Source: Hydrurus foetidus
Lineage: Eukaryota
Reading direction: 5' to 3'
Assembly: GCA_900617105.1 (NCBI GenBank)
Contig: UYFQ01000177.1
Span: 1-64,000, forward strand
Length of the DNA stretch: 64,000 bases
The translations under genes and the position numbers were made by a program. Shown here one piece after another: positions 37,999 through 47,435 of the stretch (positions are counted from its first letter, which is position 1; every line of letters begins with the position of its first letter). The notes under the pieces are model-generated. The model saw only the letters and a list, made by a program, of their open reading frames with translations, did no database searches and was not told the origin of the DNA.

Positions 37999-40228
37999 GC
38001 CGTATTTTCACCCCGGCGCCGCGTACCTCCAGGCGCACCTCGTCCAGCACCTGGCCCTTGGCGTCGGCAATCTGCACCACGTGGCGCCCGGGCCATAGGG
38101 GCCACTGGGCTGTGTTGCCCTTGGCCAGCGGCTTGCCGTCCATCAGCCAGCGCAGGTTGCTGCCCTCGGCCTGCAGCGTCAGGCGCTGGCGGTTGGGGGG
38201 AATGTCGGGGTCCAGGGCGATGATGGTGCCGGTGGTGGGGGCGGTGATGCGCGCGGTGGGCGCAGCGCCAGACTTCAAGCCTTTTTGGCCTCTAGCCCCC
38301 GTGTTTATTGCGCGAGCAGCTCCTGAATCCATAGCAAAAGTTGTTTGCTGTGTGCCGTCGATAAACCACTCGGCGCGCGCCGCTTCCAGGCTGGGCGCGT
38401 TGGCGGCGTTCGCAAACTGCACGGCCTTTTGCACTACGCCCGCTGGCGGCTTGGGCGCGCGGCTGGGCTGCTTGGCGTGCAGGAAGTTCATTACCGCGGC
38501 CCAGATGGGTGCGGCACCCGTCGTGCCGCTTACGTCCCACATGGGCGCCCCGCTGGCGTTGCCCACCCACACGCCCACGGTGTAGCGCTGCGAGTAGCCC
38601 AGTGCCCAGTTGTCGCGCATGTCTTTGCTGGTGCCGGTTTTCACGGCGGTCCAGAAGCGCGTGGCCAGCACGCTGTCGGTGCCAAAGGTGCGGGCGCGCG
38701 CCAACGGGTCGCTCATGATGTCGCTGACGATGAAGGCGGCGCGTGGGTCCAGTGCCTGTGTGGCGGGTGCCGTCTTGCCACGCAGTAGGGTGGTGGGGCT
38801 GATGCGCCCGCCGTTGCCCAACGCGCGGTAGGCGTTGGTCAGGTTCAGCAGCGAGACTTCGGCACTGCCCAGCGCCAGGCTGTAGCCGTAGTAGTCGCCG
38901 CTTTCCTTCAGCGGCAGGCCCAGGCGCACCAGCTGTTTCTGGAAGGCGTCGGGCGACACCATCACCAGCGTGCGCACTGCGGGCACGTTCAGCGACGCGC
39001 CCAGCGCCGTGCGGGCCGACACCCAGCCCTTGAAATGCCGGTCGTAGTTCTGCGGGATGTAGAGGCCACCGGAGGTCTGGATCTGCGTGGCCGAATCTTC
39101 CAACAGCGATGCCGCGGTGATGCGCCGTTCGGCAATCGCCTCGGCATACAGAAAGGGTTTGAGCGTGGAACCCGGCTGGCGCAGCGCGGTCACCGCGTCC
39201 ACATCGGCCGCATTGCTCAGCGGCCCGCTGGAGCCGACCCAGGCCAGCACCTCGCCTGTGGCGTTGTCCAGCACCAGCAGGGCGGCATCTTCCACATGGC
39301 GGCCCGCCAGTTCGCGTAAATGGGTTTGCAGCGTTTGCACGGCAAAGCGCTGCAGCGGCGCGCGCAGGGTGGTGCGGATAGCCGCCGTTCGGGCTGAGCT
39401 TGGCTCAGGGCGAACGGCCGTGAGTTGTTGGGCCACATGCGGCGCAATACCTTCGCTGGCAGCGTAGTCGCGCCGCTGCAGCGCTCCGGTCACAAACAGG
39501 TCCATAGCGTCGCAGTTGGCGGCGCTGCCAGTCTCCAGCGTTTTCATGACGCTGCAGGCGCGCTGCACCACTTGCGGCTCTTTGGCACTGGGCGCACGCA
39601 CCAGTGCGGCGGCTACTGCGGCCTCGCGGTTGTCCAGGCCGTGGGCGGCCTTGCCAAACAGGGTCTGGCTCAGCGCGTCGATGCCCACCAGCTCGCCGCG
39701 AAACGGCACCAGGTTCAGGTAGGCCTCCAGAATTTGGTCCTTGCGCCAGCCGCGCTCCAGGCTTTGGGCCGAGAAGGTTTGCCCCAGCTTCTGCACCACA
39801 CTGCGCCCGCCGCTGCCGCGCTTCAGGTCTTCGTCCATCAGGCCCGCCAGCTGCATGGTGATGGTGGAAGCGCCGCGCGTCTTGGTGTTCCACAGATTGC
39901 CCCAGGCCGCCGCCGACACGGCGCGCCAGTCCACCCCGCTGTGTTCGTAAAAGCGTTTGTCTTCGCTCAGCACCAGGGCCGTGCGCAGGGCAGGGGAGAT
40001 GTCCGCCAGCGCTACCCACTGGCCGCGCCGCACGGTGGCGTCGGTGCGCAGGCGGTGCAGCAGCTCGCCGTGGCGGTCCAGAATCAGCGTGTCGGAAGAC
40101 TGGTAGCTAGCCTTTACTTCATTAAAAGTGGCTGCAGCCACCGTGGAATATGCGCAAGCAGCTATCAAAATGGTAGCAATTTGGCGAATCAATGAGACTT
40201 CCAGTCTTTCAGGCGCGCGCTGTTTCAT
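37991..40228 (-). CDS. pbpC: Penicillin-binding protein 1C
   Basis: EDKRFYEH, GASTITMQL, PGSTLKPF, SLN, KTGT, C-terminal PBP1C domain. Confidence 0.95.
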   Translation of the reverse strand: MKQRAPERLEVSLIRQIATILIAACAYSTVAAATFNEVKASYQSSDTLILDRHGELLHRLRTDATVRRGQWVALADISPALRTALVLSEDKRFYEHSGVDWRAVSAAAWGNLWNTKTRGASTITMQLAGLMDEDLKRGSGGRSVVQKLGQTFSAQSLERGWRKDQILEAYLNLVPFRGELVGIDALSQTLFGKAAHGLDNREAAVAAALVRAPSAKEPQVVQRACSVMKTLETGSAANCDAMDLFVTGALQRRDYAASEGIAPHVAQQLTAVRPEPSSARTAAIRTTLRAPLQRFAVQTLQTHLRELAGRHVEDAALLVLDNATGEVLAWVGSSGPLSNAADVDAVTALRQPGSTLKPFLYAEAIAERRITAASLLEDSATQIQTSGGLYIPQNYDRHFKGWVSARTALGASLNVPAVRTLVMVSPDAFQKQLVRLGLPLKESGDYYGYSLALGSAEVSLLNLTNAYRALGNGGRISPTTLLRGKTAPATQALDPRAAFIVSDIMSDPLARARTFGTDSVLATRFWTAVKTGTSKDMRDNWALGYSQRYTVGVWVGNASGAPMWDVSGTTGAAPIWAAVMNFLHAKQPSRAPKPPAGVVQKAVQFANAANAPSLEAARAEWFIDGTQQTTFAMDSGAARAINTGARGQKGLKSGAAPTARITAPTTGTIIALDPDIPPNRQRLTLQAEGSNLRWLMDGKPLAKGNTAQWPLWPGRHVVQIADAKGQVLDEVRLEVRGAGVKIRHE
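38293..38335 (+). repeat. Dispersed 43-bp repeat core, in frame in the pbpC linker
   Basis: TAGC-ccccgtgtttattgcgcgagca-GCTC-ctgaatcca-TAGC; encodes AMDSGAARAINTGA. Confidence 0.9.
39384..39418. repeat. Collapsed REP-like inverted pair inside pbpC
   Basis: GCCGTTCGGGCTGAGC-ttg-GCTCAGGGCGAACGGC (14/16 inverted match); encodes AVRPEPSSARTA. Confidence 0.75.
40135..40177 (+). repeat. Dispersed 43-bp repeat core encoding the pbpC N-terminal hydrophobic segment
   Basis: CAGC-caccgtggaatatgcgcaagca-GCTA-tcaaaatgg-TAGC; encodes ATILIAACAYSTVA. Confidence 0.88.
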
Positions 40229-40620
40229 GGGCAAATCAGCCGAGCGCCAGGAAAGTAGGTCGCGTAGCGCGCCTTGTCTCTTGTCAGAAGTACTATGTCT
40301 GCCTCTTGGGCATGGGCTCCAATAAAGAAGTCCGGCAACGGTGCCGTTTTAACGCCACCCCGCTGCCGATAGCTGCGGTAAGCCTGGCCTGCCGCAAATA
40401 GGCAAGCCATGGGCAAATCGGCATAGACCAAGCCCATTCTGTCCATGGTGTCGTTGACGTCTTCAGGTGAAGTCGCCTGGTAGCTCAGCTCGGCGTAAAT
40501 GATGGGGTTAATACACAGATGTCCCCAATGGGCTGCAAGTTGTGCAGACGACCAATTGCCCCAAACCGGGTCGTCGTAAAGGACATCAAGGATGACGTTG
40601 GTATCTACCAAAACCGCCAT
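40225..40620 (-). CDS. vapC: VapC/PIN-domain toxin
   Basis: LVDTNV, IYAEL, LPDFFIGAHA, LLTRD. Confidence 0.92.
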   Translation of the reverse strand: MAVLVDTNVILDVLYDDPVWGNWSSAQLAAHWGHLCINPIIYAELSYQATSPEDVNDTMDRMGLVYADLPMACLFAAGQAYRSYRQRGGVKTAPLPDFFIGAHAQEADIVLLTRDKARYATYFPGARLICP

Positions 40621-40624
40621 CGGC

Positions 40625-40891
40625 TTAGTCCTCGCCCCGTAGTTCTCGCATCACCGCATCGGTCGTGCCGCGCCCTTGCCACTTGCCACGGATTGCGTTT
40701 AATGCCTGCATAGCTGCCTCGTTGACGGTGCTCGCTGTGGGTGTTTGGCCCGGCGTGTCCATTTTCGTCACGGCGCGCGTCAAGATGTCACGCGCCTCAG
40801 CCTCCATGGAGCGCTTGTGGCTTGCAGCCTGTATGCGCAACAAGTGTTTGACGGGCTCTTCCAGATTGCGAATGGTTAGTGTGGTGCTCAT
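40625..40891 (-). CDS. FitA-like ribbon-helix-helix antitoxin
   Basis: LTIRNLEE..K..LRIQAASHKRSMEAEARDIL; ATG 40891. Confidence 0.88.
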   Translation of the reverse strand: MSTTLTIRNLEEPVKHLLRIQAASHKRSMEAEARDILTRAVTKMDTPGQTPTASTVNEAAMQALNAIRGKWQGRGTTDAVMRELRGED

Positions 40892-40904
40892 GGAAACAAT
40901 GTAA

Positions 40905-40929
40905 GCATTGCTAGCATTGCTGTCAATGA
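40905..40929. promoter_or_regulatory. Putative antitoxin operator
   Basis: GCATTGCT-a-GCATTGCT-gtCAATG repeats just upstream of the antitoxin gene. Confidence 0.45.
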
Positions 40930-41057
40930 CGATGTGTCGGGGTGCTGCATCAGGGTTACGACCGGCAAGGGCTGTAGCCTTGGTGACCGAAGGGCCATCT
41001 TGGTTGGCCGCGTCCCCGTAAACTGGTTTTGTTCGCAACTTATCCATCCCCACCTGT

Positions 41058-42161
41058 ATGTCTCACGCTGCTCCGCTGTTCCAGCCCTTTACCTTCAAGG
41101 GCCTCAAGCTCGCCAACCGCATTGTCATGGCACCCATGACCCGTTCGTTCTCGCCCGGTGGCGTGCCCACGAAAGAGGTCAGTGAGTATTACCGCAAGCG
41201 CGCCGCATCGGCCGTGGGGCTCATCGTGTCCGAAGGCACCGTGGTGCAACGTCCATCTGCTGCCAACGACCCTGATGTGCCCCACTTCTGGGGCGATGCA
41301 GCCCTGGCCGGCTGGCAAGACGTGATCAACAACGTGCACAGCGCCGGTGGTGTGATGGCGCCGCAGCTCTGGCACGTGGGCGCCGCGCGCAACCCGCGCA
41401 CCACCTGGGTCGCACCGTCGCCTGTCGATTCGCCCTCCGGCCTGTCGCGCCCCGGCAAGCAGTTTGGCGCGCCTATGAGCGACTCGGACATTGCCGACAC
41501 CATCGCCGCGTTTGCCAAGGCCGCCGGTGCGGCCAAGCGCCTGGGCTTTGATTGCATCGAGTTGCACGGCGCCCACGGGTATCTGATCGACCAGTTCTTT
41601 TGGGACGGCACCAACCAGCGCGACGACCGCTTTGGCGGCAGCGACCTGGTGGCGCGTGGCCGCTTTGCGGCCGACATTCTGAAAGCCGTGCGTTCTGAGG
41701 TGGGGCCCGACTACCCGGTCATCATCCGTCTGTCCCAATGGAAGCAGCAGGACTACAGCGTGCGCATGGCGCAAACGCCCGACGAAATGGCCGCCTGGTT
41801 ACAGCCCCTGGCCGATGCGGGTGCCGACATCTTCCACTGCTCGCAACGCCGCTTCTGGGAGCCGGAGTTTGATGGCTCGGATTTGAACTTTGCCGGCTGG
41901 GCCAAGAAGCTCACCGGCCGCCCCACCATCACCGTGGGCTCGGTCGGCCTGAGCGGCGAATTCATCGCGGCCTTTGGCGGCGAAAGCTCCAAGCCCGCGT
42001 CGCTGGATGAACTGCTGCGCCGCTTTGACCGCGGTGACTTTGATTTGGTGGCCGTGGGCCGCGCGCTGATCAGCGACCCGGACTGGGCGGTGAAGGTGCG
42101 CGATGGGCGTGAGGCAGAGCTGTCGGACTTTTCGCCGGCGGCGTTGGCCAGCCTGGTTTAA
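41058..42161 (+). CDS. NADH:flavin oxidoreductase (Old Yellow Enzyme family)
   Basis: NRIVMAPMTR, QLWHVG, ELHGAHGYLIDQF, VGRAL. Confidence 0.93.
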   Translation: MSHAAPLFQPFTFKGLKLANRIVMAPMTRSFSPGGVPTKEVSEYYRKRAASAVGLIVSEGTVVQRPSAANDPDVPHFWGDAALAGWQDVINNVHSAGGVMAPQLWHVGAARNPRTTWVAPSPVDSPSGLSRPGKQFGAPMSDSDIADTIAAFAKAAGAAKRLGFDCIELHGAHGYLIDQFFWDGTNQRDDRFGGSDLVARGRFAADILKAVRSEVGPDYPVIIRLSQWKQQDYSVRMAQTPDEMAAWLQPLADAGADIFHCSQRRFWEPEFDGSDLNFAGWAKKLTGRPTITVGSVGLSGEFIAAFGGESSKPASLDELLRRFDRGDFDLVAVGRALISDPDWAVKVRDGREAELSDFSPAALASLV

Positions 42162-42206
42162 CAGAGTCGCGCAGAACGGTGAATTGAACCCAAAGCGGCA
42201 TCGCTG

Positions 42207-42989
42207 CTAGGGTTCGACGCCGTGCTGACGAAATTCGTCAGGCGTGGTGCCCAGCGCGAGCTTGAACGCTGCGCAGTAGGCCGCGGTGCTGGCAAAGCCC
42301 ATGGCGTGCGCGATGGACTTGATGGGCCGCTCGGTGGCCAACAAATCCAGCGACGCAATGATGCGCGCACGTTGGCGCCAGGCGCGAAAACTCAGGCCCA
42401 CTTCCTCTGTAAAGCGCCGCGTGAACGTGCGAGGCGACAAGGCGGCCGTAGCCGCCGCCTCGTCCAACGACAAGGGCTGGTGGGGCGCCTCTGCCCAAGG
42501 GGTAACAGCACGGTGCAGCGCCGCATCGCGCGGCATGGGCAGGTCGGTGGGCAGTGATGGCGCTTGGTGCAGCGTGTGCAGCAGCAGGCCCGCCATCAGG
42601 GCGTGGGCGTGCGCATCGTGGCTGTCGGAAAAAAGCCCCAGCACCAGTTCACGCATCAGCCGCGACACCGTGATGGCATGGAGCTGCGCCTGCCTTTGAA
42701 AGCTGCCGCACGCTGCCAGCGTTGCGGGCGCAAAGTAGACCGTGCGCAACTCCGTTGTCGACAGCATGGAAATGGAATGGGGTTGTTGGGGCGGAATCCA
42801 CAGTGCCCGCTGCGGCGGGACTGTCCAGCGGCTCGACGACGCTTCCACCAGCATGACCCCGCTGATCGCGTAGACCAGCTGTCCGGTGTGGTGTTGGTGC
42901 TGGGGCAGATGGGTGCCGCGTGGATGGCGCTTTGCGAGCACCCGCCAAGGCATCTCTAGGGTTGGCGCTTGGGCGATGTGTTTTGGCAT
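42207..42989 (-). CDS. AraC-family regulator (cupin plus HTH, NimR-like)
   Basis: HQH..GQLVYA, WTVPPQRALWIP, RTFTRRF...SFRAWRQ. Confidence 0.9.
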   Translation of the reverse strand: MPKHIAQAPTLEMPWRVLAKRHPRGTHLPQHQHHTGQLVYAISGVMLVEASSSRWTVPPQRALWIPPQQPHSISMLSTTELRTVYFAPATLAACGSFQRQAQLHAITVSRLMRELVLGLFSDSHDAHAHALMAGLLLHTLHQAPSLPTDLPMPRDAALHRAVTPWAEAPHQPLSLDEAAATAALSPRTFTRRFTEEVGLSFRAWRQRARIIASLDLLATERPIKSIAHAMGFASTAAYCAAFKLALGTTPDEFRQHGVEP

Positions 42990-43045
42990 ATGCGCATTGA
43001 TCTGCCACCTTAGTATCGCCTGCAGATCCCACTCTCATTTTCGTT

Positions 43046-43483
43046 ATGCACACAGACACCACTTCCGCCCGGCGCATTGCCGTGTTCTTCTATGGCAGTT
43101 TCATCCGCCCCGATGTGATGGCGCGTGGTGGGCTGCGCCCCGACCGCATTGAAGTGGCCCGCCTGAACGGTTTTGACATCCAAGTCAGCCCCCACGCCTG
43201 CATCACCCGCTCTGACCAACACGCCATTTTCGGCATTCTGGTCCGCGCTACGCATGCAGAGTTGCAGCGGCTGTATACGATGGACGGCGTGGGTATCTTT
43301 CTCCCAGAGGCGGTGGTGGTGGAGACGCCAACCGGCAGCGTGCCTGCGCTTTGTTACATCCCCCCGGCCCCGGGCGATCAACCGGCCGACATCGACTACC
43401 TGGACCGCTTGTTGGCCGCTGCGCGGGAGCACGGCTTTCCGGCTTGGTACCTGGACCGGCTGGAGCGTTTCCGCCCCGCTTAA
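43046..43483 (+). CDS. Gamma-glutamylcyclotransferase-like protein
   Basis: VFFYGS N-terminus, A..HGFPAWYL C-terminus. Confidence 0.75.
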   Translation: MHTDTTSARRIAVFFYGSFIRPDVMARGGLRPDRIEVARLNGFDIQVSPHACITRSDQHAIFGILVRATHAELQRLYTMDGVGIFLPEAVVVETPTGSVPALCYIPPAPGDQPADIDYLDRLLAAAREHGFPAWYLDRLERFRPA

Positions 43484-43839
43484 AGCAAGTACAGCGCGGC
43501 CAAGCCCAACACGGCGGGTACGGTCTGGATGTACAGAATGCGCACCATCACCGTTGCAGCGCCCCAGATGCCGGCCACCGCCACACACGCCAGACCGTAG
43601 GTAGCGAAGGCTTTTGCAATGGCCGGATCGGGCAAAACCAACGCCAGCAGCAGAGCCGCCGCCAGAAAGCCGTTGTAGCAACCCTGGTTGGACATGGCGA
43701 CGGCGCGGGATTCCACCTCGGCCTGCGCAATACCGAACACTTTGGCGCCGCGCGACTTGAACAACACGGTTTCCAGCAAGAAGATGTACCCGTGGATCAG
43801 GCAGACCAATGCGATGAGGATTTGGGCGGCGATGTGCAT
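43480..43839 (-). CDS. DUF1304 membrane protein
   Basis: HGYIFLLE, NQGCYNGFLA, QTVPA. Confidence 0.85.
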   Translation of the reverse strand: MHIAAQILIALVCLIHGYIFLLETVLFKSRGAKVFGIAQAEVESRAVAMSNQGCYNGFLAAALLLALVLPDPAIAKAFATYGLACVAVAGIWGAATVMVRILYIQTVPAVLGLAALYLL

Positions 43840-43876
43840 GTCAGATATCCGGTGGGTTGAAAGTGGCTGGAGAATA

Positions 43877-43891
43877 CATAATCACGTTATG
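43877..43891. promoter_or_regulatory. Putative TetR operator overlapping the tetR start codon
   Basis: CATAA-tcacg-TTATG palindrome between the divergent DUF1304 and tetR genes. Confidence 0.5.
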
Positions 43892-44524
43892 CTTGTAAAG
43901 CACCCACCCAAACGCGACGGCCGCAAAGAGAACGCCAGCGCCACCCAGGCCGCACTGCAGCGCTCTGCGCTGCGCTGGTTCAGCGCGCAGGGATTTGAGA
44001 AAGCGCCGGTCGGCAGCATCTGCGCCGATGCCGGCGTGACCGTGGGCGCGCTGTACCACCACTATGGCGACAAGAAGGGCCTGTTCGCCGCCGTGGTGGA
44101 ACAGGTGGATGCACAGCTGGTGCGACAAGCCTTGGCGGCGCGCCAAGCCGTCATCGACAGCGGCGGCAGCGCCTGGGATGCGTTTCTGGCCTCCGTCGAC
44201 ACCGTACTGCAAGCCGGCGCCAACGCACCGCTGCGCCGCCTGATGCTGGTGGACGCACCCGCCGTGCTGGGCGCGCAGGTGTGGGGCGAAATCCGGCAGC
44301 GGCAGGGCTTAGGTGCCATGCGGGGGAATATCGCCGCCATCCAGGTGCACGGCATTTTTCAGGGGCACGATGCGGAGCGGCTGGCACGCATCGTGTTGGG
44401 CGCGCTGTATGGCGGCATGGACTCACTGCCAGAGGATGAGGCCCGCGTTCAGGATGCGCTGGCAGATACCCGGCAATGCCTGGTGGCCATGCTGGACGGC
44501 TTGCGAAATAAGGATGTGCAATGA
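43889..44524 (+). CDS. TetR-family regulator
   Basis: FSAQGF...ICADAGVTVGALYHHYGDKKGLF. Confidence 0.9.
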   Translation: MLVKHPPKRDGRKENASATQAALQRSALRWFSAQGFEKAPVGSICADAGVTVGALYHHYGDKKGLFAAVVEQVDAQLVRQALAARQAVIDSGGSAWDAFLASVDTVLQAGANAPLRRLMLVDAPAVLGAQVWGEIRQRQGLGAMRGNIAAIQVHGIFQGHDAERLARIVLGALYGGMDSLPEDEARVQDALADTRQCLVAMLDGLRNKDVQ

Positions 44525-44875
44525 CAGCTCAGACCACACTTCAGCGCGGTGCCGAAACCATCACGGTGCTGTGCACTGTAATACCCCCATATTCCACCGG
44601 ACCTGGAAATAGAACAGTTTTGCAGCCATGGCGAATTGCTGTTTTGGGGTGGAAGCCGACCTTCCCATCACAACGTTAGTCATCAAGAACTGGCCTGTGG
44701 CGGAATCCAGAGCGAGCGAATTTGTCGCGGTTAAAACCGGCATTTAAAAGCACCTCTGCGCAACGGGGCGGGCACTTCGCGCGTTGGCTTGCGTTCAGAA
44801 AAAAGTATGTCGGGTCTGGCGCGCCATGTGCAACGTCAACGGTGTCTGCGTCCTCGCAACAACGCCGTACACAAA

Positions 44876-46513
44876 TCAATCCGCAAAACGGTAAGTATTC
44901 TTCCCGGCTGCTTTGGCTTCATACATGGCTGCATCGGAATTTTTGAGCAAATCGTCAGCCGACGCAGCATCTTTTGCCTTGAAAGCAATTCCAACGGAGG
45001 CGCCTACGTGGGCAACCTTCCCGTCAAAAATCATCGGCGCATTGATCTCTGCAATCACGCGCGATGCAATCATGGCGACGTTGTCGCGGCTGTCGGGGTT
45101 GTCGAGCAAGATGACGAACTCATCTCCCCCAAGGCGTGCAACGGTGTCAGACGGTCGAACCAACCCCACCAGGCGAGTAGAAACAGTCTTCAGCACCTGG
45201 TCACCGGTCTCATGTCCCCATGTGTCATTGACCAATTTGAATCCATCCAAATCGAGAAACATGATTGCCATGTGGCGTGGATCACGGGCAGACATGGCGA
45301 TCAACTGAATAACACGCTCCATGAGAAGTGAGCGGTTCGGTAAACCTGTTAAACCGTCGTGTAAAGCCATGTGCTGCACGCGTTGTTGTTGGTTCCATTC
45401 TTCGGTGATGTCGGCACAAACACCTACATAACTAATGATCTCCTCGGTTTCGTCGCAAATTGCGGAAATGGATAGTCGCTGCAGATAGATCGAGCCATCC
45501 TTTCGTTTGCTCCAAACCTCACCTTTCCAAATTTTCTTGTCACGCAATTCCTGAAACATGGCTCCAAAAAAAGCCGCGTCATGGCGCCCTGATTTCAGGA
45601 TGCGGGCATTCAGCCCGGCAACCTCTTCGGACGAATAGCCTGTGAGCGCTGTGAAAGCCGGGTTCACTGACATTATTTTCGCGGCTGTGTCCGTCACCAT
45701 AATGCCTTCAGTCGCGGCTTTAAAGACACTTGCTGAAAGTTGAATCGCTGCTTCCGCCTCTTTCAGGCGTGTGATATCGGTTACGTGCACAAAAAATCCT
45801 TGTACCTGTCCATTCGGATTAGTGTCAGGGATGTAGTTGGCCAAAACCTGACCGACAGTGCCATTACGCTTCACAATGGCAAGCTCAAACTCCTGTGGCA
45901 TGCCGGCCAACGCGCCCTGTATATAGGGCAAGTTCTGTTCAAATAATCGTTCGCCCAGGACGGTTGACAACGACGAGCCGATCAACTCCTGAGTTGTTCG
46001 TCCAAACCACTCCACATAGGCATCGTTTGCAAAATGACAACGCATGTGAGTGTCCCAGTAGGCGATCATGCCTGGCACCGCATTGGCAACCGTGCGGATA
46101 AACCGCTCTGTTTTTGCAAGATCGGCAGTCAAAGTTTCGGCTCTTTGCTTGCTTGCTATGAGCTCCTGCTCAAAACGACTACGCTCAACGGACACAAAGA
46201 ACACCCACGAGAAGCACTCTCTTGTATCAATCGTGGTCTTTTGGCTGTTCACAAACACCGGAACCTGCTTCCCCGCACCATCCACAATTTGCAAGCGAAT
46301 TTCACGGACCCGGTTTTCACGCATGAGCATGGGCCAAATGTGCGTCTGCAGGAATATTCTGCTCGCTATGGGGAGCATCAGCTCCATCGGCTTTGCGACC
46401 CAACTGTCTTCAATACCACCTACAAGTTCCAACAGGCATTCATTCACTGATTGAACAATACCAGTCCGGTCGGTCACCAAAGCCGGGCAGGGTAGCTGAT
46501 CAAATGTTGGCAC
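44876..46513 (-). CDS. PAS-PAS-PAS diguanylate cyclase with an RsbP-type N-terminal PAS
   Basis: SRIFLQTHIWPML in PAS1; HDGLTGLPNR, DLDGFK, RPSD I-site, RLGGDEF. Confidence 0.92.
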   Translation of the reverse strand: MPTFDQLPCPALVTDRTGIVQSVNECLLELVGGIEDSWVAKPMELMLPIASRIFLQTHIWPMLMRENRVREIRLQIVDGAGKQVPVFVNSQKTTIDTRECFSWVFFVSVERSRFEQELIASKQRAETLTADLAKTERFIRTVANAVPGMIAYWDTHMRCHFANDAYVEWFGRTTQELIGSSLSTVLGERLFEQNLPYIQGALAGMPQEFELAIVKRNGTVGQVLANYIPDTNPNGQVQGFFVHVTDITRLKEAEAAIQLSASVFKAATEGIMVTDTAAKIMSVNPAFTALTGYSSEEVAGLNARILKSGRHDAAFFGAMFQELRDKKIWKGEVWSKRKDGSIYLQRLSISAICDETEEIISYVGVCADITEEWNQQQRVQHMALHDGLTGLPNRSLLMERVIQLIAMSARDPRHMAIMFLDLDGFKLVNDTWGHETGDQVLKTVSTRLVGLVRPSDTVARLGGDEFVILLDNPDSRDNVAMIASRVIAEINAPMIFDGKVAHVGASVGIAFKAKDAASADDLLKNSDAAMYEAKAAGKNTYRFAD

Positions 46514-46528
46514 GATTGCCTTAGCCGG

Positions 46529-47356
46529 CTAAGTGGGCGAGGCAAGAAACTCGCGCATGGCATCAACAACCAGTGTGGGTTCGCTCATGTGGGCGCAGTG
46601 GCCTTGTACTTCCAGCACTTTCAATATGCTTCCCGATAAATGGGAATGCACGTATTCGCCAACACTGACGGGAGCAAGGGTGTCGTTCCGGTGTTGCAGA
46701 ATCAGGCTAGGCACTGTGACCTTGGAGAGGTCCGCACGGTTGTCGGAGAAGAATGTCGTGCGCGCAAAGACTTTTGCGACCTGTGGATCGGTCGAACAAA
46801 AGCTGTCCGAAAGTTCCGCAGTTACGGCGCCCGTTTCACCCTGTGCCGATATCACTGGCGCAAGATAGTTCGCCCACCCAATGTAGTTTTGGTCCATTAG
46901 GGCCAGAAGCCCTTCCAGGTCTTCTTTCTCAAAACCACCGACGTACTCTGGTGCGTGGTTGACGAAGCATGGGTTGGGGCCAAGGAGCACCAACTTGGAA
47001 AACAGCCCGGGGCGGGCAATGGAAGCCAGTAGTCCGACACTGCAACTGACGGAATGGCCAACGAAAATGACGCCGCTCTTCAAATCCAGAGCATCGCAAA
47101 CGTCAAGGACATCTTGGGCATAGCCGCTGAGACTGGCGTATTTATCTGGATCGAAGGCTGCAATGTTGGATCGTCCGCTGCCCACATAGTCGAACAAGAC
47201 CTGCTTATGGGATGCGGAAAATGCCGGTGCCACGCGATCCCACATGTTTTGATTGCAGCCAAATCCATGGGCATAAAGCAACACGGGGCCATCGCCATCC
47301 AGAACCTTGACGTTGTTTCTTACAAGGATGCTTGCATTTTGGGTGTCTTGGTTCAT
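46529..47356 (-). CDS. rsbQ: RsbQ/KAI2-like alpha/beta hydrolase
   Basis: RNNV, AHGFGCNQNMW, FDYVGSG, GHSVS, YVGGF, SFCSTDP, GHCAH. Confidence 0.9.
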   Translation of the reverse strand: MNQDTQNASILVRNNVKVLDGDGPVLLYAHGFGCNQNMWDRVAPAFSASHKQVLFDYVGSGRSNIAAFDPDKYASLSGYAQDVLDVCDALDLKSGVIFVGHSVSCSVGLLASIARPGLFSKLVLLGPNPCFVNHAPEYVGGFEKEDLEGLLALMDQNYIGWANYLAPVISAQGETGAVTAELSDSFCSTDPQVAKVFARTTFFSDNRADLSKVTVPSLILQHRNDTLAPVSVGEYVHSHLSGSILKVLEVQGHCAHMSEPTLVVDAMREFLASPT

Positions 47357-47435
47357 ACGAGTCTCCAACGGTATTTAGTGGCCATCATTATGGGGGGGTT
47401 CAGTGATTGATGCGTCTAGATTCGATTGCCTGCCA

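Noticed and set aside
43871..43898. CATAA-N-TTATG resembling a dif site
   Set aside because: The spacer is 5 bp rather than 6 and there is no TTATGTTAAAT XerD arm; a TetR operator explains it better.
44525..44875. Possible gene remnants or attC (ACTAACGTT on the minus strand) between tetR and the cyclase
   Set aside because: No palindromic partner arm and no recognisable protein motif.
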